Of a stretch of 64,000 nucleotides of DNA, positions 27,601-40,500 are shown piece by piece. The DNA comes from Lingula anatina (Eukaryota > Animalia > Brachiopoda): positions 22,320,001 to 22,384,000 of the forward strand of contig CM120646.1 in the NCBI GenBank assembly GCA_051362555.1, in the 5' to 3' direction. Each line of letters starts with the position of its first letter. Within the stretch, counting starts at the first letter, position 1. The notes below the pieces were generated by a model, which was given only the letters and a program-made list of their open reading frames with translations, searched no databases and was not told the origin of the DNA. The translations under genes and the position numbers were made by a program.

Positions 27601-28620
27601 TGCAACAGAGAAGGAAGGAAGTATAACACCTTCCAAAATGTTTTCATATGCCATCATTTCAAAATTGAACAGTACTGCATGTTTCAAACTACCTTATCAG
27701 GATGCAATGGCAATTTTAGAGCAACTCTTTCAATTCCAAACTTAGGGATCAAATAATGTATATTATAATACATGTATTACTTTTTACATTTTCAAATTGT
27801 GTATTTTTACTTGTTAGATTTCAACAGCTTTTTTTCATGAACATAAGCCTATGGAAATTCAAAGCCTAGCCTTCCCTGAAAAAACGCCAACGTTTATCAA
27901 ATGTCTCATTTAAATAAAATTACCTGGACACCAGCGTAACGACTGTTTGGTTGTGGCGGGCACTGGTCCCACGTGGCAACCAAAACCCACTTCGCTGTAA
28001 ACGAGTCCGTGTTTGCGTAATTCCGGACGTCCAGTGTTGCCCGGTCTATGACGTACTTGGTGTTTACATTGGTGCTGTAATCCGCCCCATACTCGTATGT
28101 GTTGTAATAAACTACCGACGACCCACCTACAGGGTCAAGGTCAGCCCAATATGCAGCCACTAGTGGTTTAGTTTTGACCAGTGATAAGGCTGTTGGAGTA
28201 AAGGTGTTCTCCGCACTGTCAAAGGCAATGAGGCCGTTGGTACTGATCTGGAAGAAAAATGTAATAGTGTTAATTAGCTTGCCATGCCTCTCTGGATAAA
28301 CCAAAACACTGACATACACCCGTGGCACGTACGGCCAGGCACTACGCATTGACGAGACTGTGAGAATACTGTGCACTTTAAAAATCAACAATATATACAG
28401 ATGTGATCACAAATGTTATGTAAACGTAATGTATAAGGTCAAGTGAATGCGATGGTATCTTTCATTTATCCTAGAAATGGTTTGAAAGAGGTCAAAGAGA
28501 ACGGTCGCAGACATATTCAGATAGGTTTCAGAGTGACCCGTTTGCCACAATTAAGGGCAACAGTAAAATCTTTTATCATATTTGAATTTATTTTATTCAT
28601 TCAATATTTATTTTTATATT

Positions 28621-28678
<58 letters not shown>

Positions 28679-31490
28679 CTTACATATACGAATCTATAAG
28701 CTTTCCGTCCAATTGTGATACCATTAGGCACAGTTATACGGTTCGAAGACGCATCGTCACCACTGAGTGTTTGATCCCCTCTTGCGGTTCCGTAAAGGTA
28801 CATTTGGGATGTGGTATCAACTATAATTTAAAGAATATAGACATTTTTGATAAAATTACCCTATAAGATAAAATTACCCTGTATGTTATAATATACAGGT
28901 AAGTGCAAACAATACCTACTGCAATATTAAGTATCCATTTCCTTTCATTCAAAACACACAAAGACATTTGTAAGCAAAGTGAATGTAAAATATACACCAG
29001 CCGACCAGATTTTATTCAAAAAAGGTAGAAACAAACTAAGAAATGGTCACTAAAATAATATATAAAATATATACATCAAAGAATGTATCCACTTACCCAC
29101 GGTACAAGTGGCGCCAGTGAAGCCGTCCGGACACTGACAAGTGAAAATTGGCGGTGCTGAGGTACATGTTCCTCCATTACGGCAAGGCCCAGAGGCACAG
29201 ACATCAACAGCTGTGGTAGTGGCCTCTGTGGTCGTGGTTGCCGCTGAAGATGTAGCTGCAGATACAAAAATTACTTGATCTATATAAACTGATACCGATA
29301 TTGGTATGTCATGCCAAAAGAACCCATTAAACGGTCACACGGTTTTCATTATGGCATATTTCATTTTCATATTTGATTTTCATATTTCTAAAAATTTCTT
29401 CCATGTTTTGAATCTTAAAATTTAGATATTTTATGAAATACGCAAGAGTTTCTTTATTTTCGCACGATACTTTCATAAGCTGTTGTACCTTCAGTAGTTG
29501 TGGTACCTTCAGTGGTTGTGATATTTTCAACAGTTGTACCTTCAGCAGTTGTGGTGCCTTCCGAGGTTGTGGTACCTTCAACAGTAGTAGTACTTTCAGT
29601 GGCTGTGGTACCTTCAACAGTAGTAGTACTTTCAGTGGCTGTGGTACCTTCAACAGTAGTAGTACTTTCAGTGGCTGTGGTACCTTCAACAGTAGTAGTA
29701 CTTTCAGTGGCTGTGGTACCTTCAGCAGTTGTGGTGCCCTCAGTGGTTGTGGTACCTTCAGTGGTTGTGATATTTTCAGCAGCTGTGGTACCTTCAGTGG
29801 TTGTGATATTTTCAACAGCTGTGGTACCTTCAGTGGTTATGAAATTTTCAGCAGCTGTGGTACCTTCAGTGGTTGTGATATTTTCAGCAGCAGTGATACC
29901 TTCAGTGGTTGTGATATTTTCAGCAGCTGTGGTACCTTCAGTGGTTGTGATATTTTCAACAGTTGTACCTTCAGCAGTTGTGGTGCCTTCCGAGGTTGTA
30001 GAACCTTCAACAGTAGTAGTACTTTCAGTGGCTGTGGTACCTTCAGCAGTTGTGGTGCCCTCAGTGGTTGTGGTACCTTCAGTGGTTGTGATATTTTCAG
30101 CAGCTGTGGTACCTTCAGTGGTCGTGATTTCAGCAGCTGTGGTACCTTCAGTGGTTGTGATATTTTCAGCAGCAGTGATACCTTCAGTGGTTGTGATATT
30201 TTCAGCAGGTGTGGTACCTTCAGTTGTTGTTATATTTTCAACAGCTGTGGTACCCTCAGTGGTTGTGATATTTTCAACAGCTGTGGTACCCTCAGTGGTT
30301 GTGATATTTTCAGCAGCTGTGGTACCTTCAGTGGTTGTGATATTTTCAGCAGCTGTGGTACCTTCAGTGGTCGTGATATTTTCAACAGCTGTGGTACCTT
30401 CAGTGGTTGTGATATTTTCAGCAGCTGTGGTACCTTCAGTGGTCGTGATTTCAGCAGCTGTGGTACCTTCAGTGGTTGTGATATTTTCAACAGCTGTGGT
30501 ACCTTCAGTGGTTGTTATATTTTCAACAGCTGTGGTACCCTCAGTGGTTGTGATATTTTCAACAGCTGTGGTACCCTCAGTGGTTGTGATATTTTCAACA
30601 GCTGTGGTACCCTCAGTGGTTGTGATATTTTCAACAGCTGTGGTACCCTCAGTGGTTGTGATATTTTCAGCAGCTGTGGTACCTTCAGTGGTTGTTATAT
30701 TTTCAACAGCTGTGGTACCTTCAGTGGTTGTGATATTTTCAACAGCTGTGGTACCCTCAGTGGTTGTGATATTTTCAGCAGCTGTGGTACCTTCAGTGGT
30801 TGTGATATTTTCAGCAGCTGTGGTACCTTCAGTGGTTGTTATATTTTCAACAGCTGTGATACCCTCAGTGGTTGTGATATTTTCAACAGCTGTGGTACCC
30901 TCAGTGGTTGTGATACTCTCAGTTGTCGTGATGGATTCCGTGGTATTTGATATTGTTACAAAGGTACACCGACGTCCATAGAATCCGTCTGGACACTCAC
31001 ATGCGTACGTGCCAGGGGTGTTTGTGCACGTGGCATTGTTGTTACATGGACTGCTTTCGCATTCGTCAATGTCATAACAAAAAGAGCCATTGCCAGAGAA
31101 TCCGTTTTGACAGACACAGGTAAATCGGCCCGGGAAATTAGTGCACGTTGCGTTTTCGTGGCAGGTCCCTGCAATGTTGCATTCATCAACGTCTTGACAT
31201 ATTGAAGCGTTGTTGAAATACCCCTCTGCGCAGCCACATTCGTAACTACCTTGGGTATTGTTGCACGTCACGTCGTCCCCTTCCCCACAAATGGTGAAGT
31301 TGGCACACTCGTTGATGTCTGTGCAGAACAAGCCATCTCCACTGTAGCCGGGCAGACAGGTGCAGCTGTAGTTACCTGAAGAAAGGTTGGTGAAATACAA
31401 CACTTCATGAATAGAAACAATGTTGGAATAATTAAGAGCTGGACTTCGTAATCAACACATACATTAACTCGTACCGATGGTTCACAAATG

Positions 31491-31530
<40 letters not shown>

Positions 31531-34500
31531 GGGCAACACAGATTTATAAGGTTGGCTGAAACAATGGATCGACTGCGAGTAGATAGATAACATGTGATTT
31601 ACCTGGTGCATCGTCACACCTGGCTAAAGCATGGCAATTATTTAGGTCGGCTGCAGCACATTCATCTATATCCTGGCAAACCCCGGATATTCTGTTGAAA
31701 CCAGACAGACATGCACAGTAAAAGCTGCCCACCTGCAACACGAAACCAATTTTTCTGATTGCAAATGTAGCAACAAAATAATAACAACTAGTTCCTTGTC
31801 GTTAATATTTTATCTATTCATGAAACTTTTTTTGTATGACATACCATTGTAAATTCAAATCAATTTACATATAATTATGTTGAACGATGAACGGGGCCCA
31901 ATACTATTATATTACGTTCGCTCGACACCCTTTCAATAAAGAAGGATACGGACAGCGGATGTAAAGAGAGCACTATTCAGTCGCGTGCCTCACCGTGTTC
32001 ATGCATGCTTCTCCTGCCTGTCGACATACAGATCTAGTTACACATTCGTCTTCATCCTCACAGTATGTGCCGTTACCACCGTAACCGGTGTTGCAAGAAC
32101 ACCCGTAACTTCCTACGGTGTTATTACAGGCAGCGTTGGCATGGCAGGGGGGTTCATCAGAATCGTTACACTCATCAAAATCTGAAATGATGAACACACC
32201 GACTTGGTTCAATCTGTGACATAATGACTGCCACCTCCAAATATTGCAGCTGTAAAAACATATTTGTATCTCTTTAATATCCCTTTACGGCCATCAAACA
32301 TGTATACCTGTTTTTTGCATTAATATAAGGGTCAATGTTTTTTTACAGAATAATAAATCTTAAGTAAATGTGTTCTCAATATAGATATGTAAATATAATC
32401 TAAATTATCTATTTTGTACCATATGTTTATAAACCAGTAACATTCACTGCATGGGATTTGTCCGGGTGTGAATATGAATTTTTATGAAAAAAACGTCTTT
32501 GTTTTTTACCGCCACAAATCCCTGGTGTGTCAGGATCATTGCCGGCCAGTTTGGCATAGCCAACGTTACAGAGACACGTGTAGCTGCCGTTGGTATTGGT
32601 ACAATTGGCGCCACTCCCACAGTTGGCAGCACCAGTGGCACACTCGTCTATGTCCGTGTTACATTGATCTCCCTCCCAGCCATCTGTACAGTTGGTGCAG
32701 CCCAGTATATTGTCACACACGAGGGCGTGGGTACTACAGTCACATGTGAACGAGCACTTGTCACCGTATCTTCCTTCAGGACAGACTGCAAGAAGTGAAT
32801 CGATTGTAAACGATGTCCAGGCACTGTTCACGAATGCAACTAAAACGTAGGACATTTGACTATGCCATATTCACTGATGCTTAATGAAACACGGATCACC
32901 GGGTTAACGACAAGCGCTGACCTCATTGTGTTCTCATATCTGCATACGTATAACATAATCACACTATGTTTATGAAATTATTATCTGTCTAGCGTTTACC
33001 TTCACATGTCCTCTTGTCAAACCCAACAGTGTATCCAATAGGACAGGAACACGTGTATGCTCCGTCTGTATTGTTGCACGTGTGACTACACTCATTGTCT
33101 AGACGGTTTCTACACTCATCAATATCTAATAACAAAGTGAAAAATTAAACAGTTGGATAAACTTACATTCCCCAACACAAGGTATTATTTCTTTGTATGT
33201 TTATGCATCAAAATAACATTTATACCGTTATACAGTACAAGTAAACTACATAGATTTTGTAACATGACACCATACACACTTTGGATATTACAGTGAAAAA
33301 ACTGAATCAATAAAACTCCTTATAATATTATCAATATTTACCTTCGCAAGTGCTATTATCTAACGGGGACAGAGAGTAGCCCTGCGGGCAGGCACAACCA
33401 GGTTGTCCGCCACCAATGTCTCCTGAACATATCTGAGAGCAGTTTAAATTGTACCTTTCACAGGTATTGTTGGCTAAAATTTGAAATGTATTAAACGAGA
33501 TGAACAAAAAAACAATTCCAGTTCTTTTAACGAGACGTGCATGGATCAACAAGTAACATATTTGACTGTAATGTCTGATATCTTTTCAGGAAATCTATCA
33601 TGAATCCACTATGTTCAATGAGACTGCATAGTAACTTACCAAACTAAAGAAACCGTCAGCATTGCACATTGGACAATTTTATTTATCCTTCAAAACAACG
33701 CAAAGGAATTTATTATAGGTGACACTGTTGTTGTCTTGCTGGCAATATTCAGTTAGATTGCAATGTTTTTTTTTTCTAATTAGTTTTAATACCAACTTTA
33801 GTCTCCAATTTATATTGTGAAACTTACTCCAATGTTACAGACTTACCATCAAAGCACGTGACGTTGTCTGATCGCAGTTCGTACCCCTGAATACAGTCAC
33901 ATGTGTAGCTACCGTCTATATTCACACACACTTGTGAACAGTTATCAGACTGCAATGCGCACTCGTCTATATCTACAAATAATGAAAAGCCACAGGATTT
34001 TAATCGATCCGTGGGAAGGACCAACAATCTTATTCATAAAAAATAATAATAATAATAATAACAATGGTAATAATAATAATGAAAGGTCTTCAAATTCGCG
34101 CTCTGCGTACCAGTATGTTTCAGTGCTGGGTAGCATAATGAAACGTGTCATCTGAAGTTATGAGATTTTTGAGAAAATGAATAATATGGTTAAAATCAAA
34201 ACTACTTTATTGCTGAAAGCTTATACAGGAACTGACTAAGCACATTATGATATTTGAATTAAAATCGTGATTAACACATTTACATCGTACAGTACTGCTC
34301 ACGGTCTTGGGGTTTTGTTCTATTTTTTATATAAGAGAATAAATGGCGCCGTCGAAAAATATATGGAAAACAGCAAGGCAGCTGGTTTAACTAACACAGG
34401 CGTTCCATATATTAATCTAAGAAAAATATTTTGTTCAGACAGCAAATTTTTTAATCGACTAAAGTTCTGTTTTGAGTCATCCCCACTATCTCTGGCCTCT

Positions 34501-37500
34501 AATGGTCTATGTGCCAGTGCAATTTAACTCCAGAGGTACTCACCAGCACATGCAAATGTCCCATTCTTCGTATAACCCTCAATACATTCACAGGAGTACG
34601 TCGTTAGCTCATTTATACATGTCTGTTCACACTGATTTGTCGTGTTATTAGCACACTCGTCAATGTCTGAAATGCACATTATATTTTATGATATCATGAA
34701 ATGAGTGTATGCTGTTTGTTCATTATAACATTTAGTGTTTGTTGACATTGGTTAATAAATATACAGGTATTCTGTACTATTTTGTACTATATAGTTTGTT
34801 GAATAAAGTAAGTTTGATTACATATTGACGAAATGCACAGCAGGTGTAATTATAAAGCCTTGTATACACGGGACTTGCACGGGACTGGTATGGTGAACGC
34901 ATTAAGGCTCAACCTCATCAATGTCGGACTTTCAACAGAAACTCTCGCATCTTAATTCAATGAAATACATGTACTTACCCACACACTTGTTTTCCACGGT
35001 ATCTAACTCGTATCCACTGGGACACTCTGTACAGTTGAAAGCAGCATAGCCCTCGGCCTCAAGGTCGGCACTGACATCAGAGCAGTTGGTGCCTTGGGGA
35101 CAAGGAGTTTGGAGACATCCGTCCGTGTCGGTCTCACAGTTGTCACCTTGATAAAAAATGTAACTTTCAATGTATGCTAGTCATTCATGCATTGGTATAA
35201 CATAGCTTATTTTAGGACTTCAGTTTGTGAGACACGATAGTATATGTTAACAAATGTATCTTTGTGATTGTGTCTCTGAGCTGAAACTGTATTCACAATA
35301 ATATTTCCGTTAAAAACGTATATAGCAAACTATTTCAAATCATAGTAGTCTTATTAAGATCCTAATTCGTATCATATATGCAAATAAGTAAAGACACGTG
35401 TATGTAACACGTACCTGACCATCCGATAGAACAGTTGCAGGCCACTATTCGAAACTGGGATCCGTTTACCACAGTTCCTGTGTCAAACAGGCATTCCCCG
35501 TGACCTGAGCATCCGGTACAGTAACGGATTTCGAAGCTCAATTCACTAGCACCTCCACGTCCATCCTCTGCTGTAAAACTGAATAGGAACTTTTGATATT
35601 TAACAACAATGGCGTTATTATAATATTAAACCAAACAGACATATCTGTGTACATGTACTTGCATGATAAATGCCAACTACCTATCAATGTGAGATTTAAA
35701 CACGATTGTTTACATAACATCAATTAAAAGTCTGTATAACTCCTACATTTTTATGCCTTGTGAGACACTAAATTATCGGGTGGTAAAAGCATTTCCTTCT
35801 GTTGCCAATTGGAAGATCATATCACTAAACGGTGTCATTTACAGTACATAACACGTAAAACTCATGGATCTTCTTTATGGATATCACATATTATTTAAAC
35901 CTACCCTAAGGAGGCAATGTTCAGACTATCTGGGGGTATCCAGTAAACAATGTTTGTGTTGTTATCGAAGGAGGCCCCGGATGGAAGGTCGGTTGAAGAT
36001 ACCACTGACACAGTGTCGCCATCTGGATCCGTCGTGGAGAGGAACAGGGCAAATGGGTCGCCGGCCGTCACATTCAGAACAGTGGTAGTAGCATTGGCAC
36101 TGAGCGAGGGTGCTTGATTTTCTGAAATTAAAAAAGATAAGAGTCGCCCTTATAAAGCAATCAACACTTTCATGTTCGTAGTTTTTCATAGTGACCTGGA
36201 GATCAGAAAAACAATTCCCTCATAGGCACACACAAAAAACTTAATCTTTGAGATAATAGATTATTAAAAAAGATAATTGAACAATCAATATGAGATGCTG
36301 TTAAACGTGAAGGAAATTTCACTTAAACTGACTTGTCATCAGACGCTGAGGTCATTGTAGTATAAATGCATACTCACGTTGTTCAGCTGATGCTGCGGTG
36401 TTACTTTCCTCAGCAGATCTTGTATCGGCCGCTAAGGCGTCATTCCGTGTTAAAACGTAATCATATACACATTCCTTGTTGTTGTTACATTTGACATTGT
36501 ACACTTCTTCTCGCTCTGTGGCATTGTCCCAGGTTATGTCTTCGAAGAACAGAGGTTCGAAGTGATCATCCGTGTAGTTATCATTTGACAGCCCTGGCGC
36601 ATAGTAGAAGATGGATTCATTCTGCATGATTTGCCCTGATATCAGAATAAAAAAGACAAAAAAAATAAACACGAGTCAGAAAGGTTGTAAATATCTAGAA
36701 ACATGGCAGCTGCAGCCTGATATACTACAAATCAACGCATACAACAAATAACAAACGAAAAAGAGATTATGAACGCTGCTCACTCGTGCACATTCATTCA
36801 TTCATTCATTCATTTTTTCTAACAGGGGGAAAGTCTATTGGGATATACTTACACAACTGCCCAAAATAGTAGAACACCGTCCTCTGAGTGCTATTCAGAC
36901 TGAGTTGGGTACCGTTAGGAGTTGTCAAATCATCATTGACATCATTGTTATACACTCCCAAAAGTCCTCGAGTAAGATTCTCTGCCTCGCCTGGTGCTGA
37001 GACCACGAAATTCAACAAACCGCCGGTTCTTAACGATATATCCACTGTCCAGCCTGAAAACATATGCAGTGTATAACATATCATATGTCATCTCATTTTC
37101 TTTCCGTGCCTCTCCTCCGGCTCTCTATACGTAAGTTTTTTCGCATTTGTACCTCGCTGTCCCGAAAGACGCTTAACCAACATTATATCGCACGCACAAT
37201 GTTTTAAAGGTTATATCTTTGGTTCCTATTAAAAAAAAAGGTTATCTATTTGTGTCGCCATCGTTTTTGTATATTTTCTAAACATTCGTATTGCTAGTGA
37301 ACAAACTATCTAGAGCACATCAATATAATCAGGGTTCAGTTTTACTTTGCGCATTCTACGAACCTGACACAGGGAAAACACCTGTTACAGTGAGGGTCGT
37401 GGCGTTATATGATAACTCCATATTGGTGAGGTCGCCACCTTCCAGAGATCCCCCGCTGAGGAAAGAAGAGCCGTCCTCCCATTCTTGAGTTTGGTTCCTA

Positions 37501-40500
37501 TATATCCACAACGCTAGTTCTGTAAAAATACATCAAACATTTATCAAACGGTGCTGCAGGATATGAAATGACATATGTATATATATTAACATCTTTGTGT
37601 GCTTCGGGGTCTTTAATATACCGCATATGTACATGTACGGCTGTCATTTAGTCTTTGGACGGAGATTCAATAATATTAAACGTGTTCAAAGCACCCGGTA
37701 GCTGGATAATTAAATCTAAAATAAACACCATCCTTGACCTGTGTTATTATTTTTAAGTTCCACATGTAAACCGTCCGAATCCCTTTCATCGCGTGCGGCA
37801 AAGGCAGAAAACACCGTCGCATTCACAGGGAGGCCATCTTTGTCAATTGCCCTCGCTGTGCGTCCTTGGAACAGGAAGTTGATAGTCTGGTTATTCTCCA
37901 AGTATTTCACCATCCAGTACTCGCCATGGCCATTGAAAGAGTAAGCATGCCCATCAATTGTGGAGAAATGCGGGTCTCCTGATGACCAGCCTGTGTGAAA
38001 AAAAAAATTAAGGTTGGCCTATTAGACGAGGCGGATAAATAAGTATATCAGACAAAAATAAAATAAAAATGAAAAGGGAAAGTAATCTGAGAAAAGGGTG
38101 GAATAGTGACCTACAGATGAGATGGTGAGTAGAGAAAAAAACTTAAGTATTTCACTGTCAGAAAGATATATATCTTTCTGCGTAACGTTTACAATGGTTC
38201 AAATTGATTGATTGCCATTTAACATCGTTGCATTGAGGAATATGGGAGATTATCATATTTAACGATATGTTAAAATCCTACTGATTGTAGCACGATGCAG
38301 AAAAGAAAGAACTTAAGATCATATCGTACAAAAACTTCAATTCGGATTGAAGATGAGTATTTACCCCACCAAGGTGGCCTGTAGCGGAAGCACGTATCCA
38401 CTGGTCTGTAAAATTTATACAGGCCACACATAGTTTCATACTCATCCGATAGGTCGCAGCACCATCGCTTTGGCTTCGTGTCCCATTGATTCCTTGTTCT
38501 GCCACGATAAAAGAACGACCAGTACCTGTTTCGGTCCGAGTAGTACATAATCAACGTGTTGGCACGTGGACCTGTCGTGATGAGAGAACCCCAGGTGAAA
38601 TCGTAGCAGCATTCCTGAAATTACAGAAAAGTTAAACTCAAAAACTTATTTTAATGAACACTGTAATAAAATCACATAACTTTTCACTTGCCAATATGTA
38701 ATGGTGAGGTATGTTTTACATGGACATGCTCTGAAAACAGCTCATCTATTCTCATGAGAAAATGCGTTATCCTAATCCCCCATTTCATCTCAATTTTTTT
38801 GGCTGATGTTATCCAAGGGATTGGAATCCTGTAAAAATATCTTAGACAGGAATATGTGGATCGCTTTTTATTTTTCGTTGACTTACCCTTCCTGACCCGA
38901 AAAGCCAGCTCCCAGCTCTGGGGTAGGCACACCTAGAATTCCAGTTCACAAACCAGTTTCTGTCAATCCACGCCTGCCACAAACTACAGGGACAAGGACG
39001 CGCGAAGAAGTTCACCCACCATATATAAACCCACGAAAATGACCTCCGTTGTTCTGCTACCCACCGTAGACACTTGGCGTCGTAGTTGACCGTGTCGTCG
39101 TCCAGATTGTCCAGCCTGTATACCCAGCGCCCAACAATACCTTAGGTAAAAAAAAATGCGCATATTATTTTATGTCAAACTCTCTCACGCATTCACACCT
39201 GCAATCAATAATTCGTGCGCCATGAAAACTAAAATATAAAGTGCTTTGTCGTATGTCATGTTCTGATTTCTGTTTGAACGTGCGGTGTAATCTTTATTCA
39301 AGCCACCTTCGTGGTCCATTGTGGTATGTGAGATGATAAAACAAATCTGTACCAAAGACGACCCGAGTGATATGGTGTCATTTTTGTGCGAAGAATCCTA
39401 CCTGGTGGAGAAATTTGTATTGTTAGTTTATATTTAGGAAAAAATATGTGCGTACATGTATATATTGCAGAAGAACAATCCTTTTTGTCACATGGTGATA
39501 TCATAAAACATTAAGTTTTGTATATGTTTGAACACGGGGATGCACTCAAAAAAAAAGCAAATCCCTTTTTAATGTTAAACTTCAACCAAATCAATCTAAG
39601 AAGCCATTTCAATGCCTTACCAGTATTTCCTTTCTGTGTATTGAATCTCGAAGACAGTCTTCTTCCCGATGCCGAGTGTTGGAAAAAGTTTCCCCTCCAG
39701 CACCCAGCTCCAGTGGTATATCCTATGTAAGACCTGCGGGATACCCCCAGGTTAAAGTCACAGTAATTAACTATGCCAAAGGAACGCTGTCTGTCCGTTG
39801 CTAAGATCACCTGATAGCTGCTTCTCTGTTGAAAACACAAAATAATAATGGCACACATTTTATAAAGGCTCTTTACTTGTGATATTCAAAAATGTCATAT
39901 TACATTATACTGATAAACACACCAAAGCAAACTACAAGGGTGTGACAAACATCGGTTTTAAATGTGTGTAACAATTTTATTCAAAATTTACAAAATGGCA
40001 GTTACTGTGTAACTGATTTCACCAAACGGTAAAATGAACAAATAATAACAATTCTGCTGTATTCTGTATTGATATCGTAATTAACAAATATGATAAAAAT
40101 AAAGCAAGGAATTTCATCTTATGTGTCCGGCCATGAAATTTATACAGACTTGACATTTAATATGGAATATTTTTTTCCAAATCATTTTTCATCAGTTTTT
40201 TTTTCTATTTTTCTGACTGATAAATGAAAATAAGGATTAAAATCGTGTTATAATATCTTTTAATTATCTCTCTGATGTCATTGTGATATCAGTTCATTAA
40301 TGGAATTCGCCAGAGAAGCAAACAAAAACACATTGCCTATTCTATGTCGTACGACAACCATTAAAAGAGATTTTTTGGACCTCCATATTTTTCAAATTAT
40401 TGTCTGTAAAAGAGCCACACGCTCCACAAAGGACCCTCATGTTAGTCTCTAGTCACAGTAACGGTCGCTGTTACGCTTGACCTCTTCTGGCTGCTACCAG

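Noticed and set aside
29256-29453. Module 2 as a separate gene
   Set aside because: Only about 200 bp lie before a clear acceptor, with no signal-peptide exon or promoter visible; the phases permit direct splicing.
29433-30981. Plus-strand ORFs of 505 aa (Cys-rich) and 493 aa
   Set aside because: Antisense frames of the 36-bp mucin repeat.
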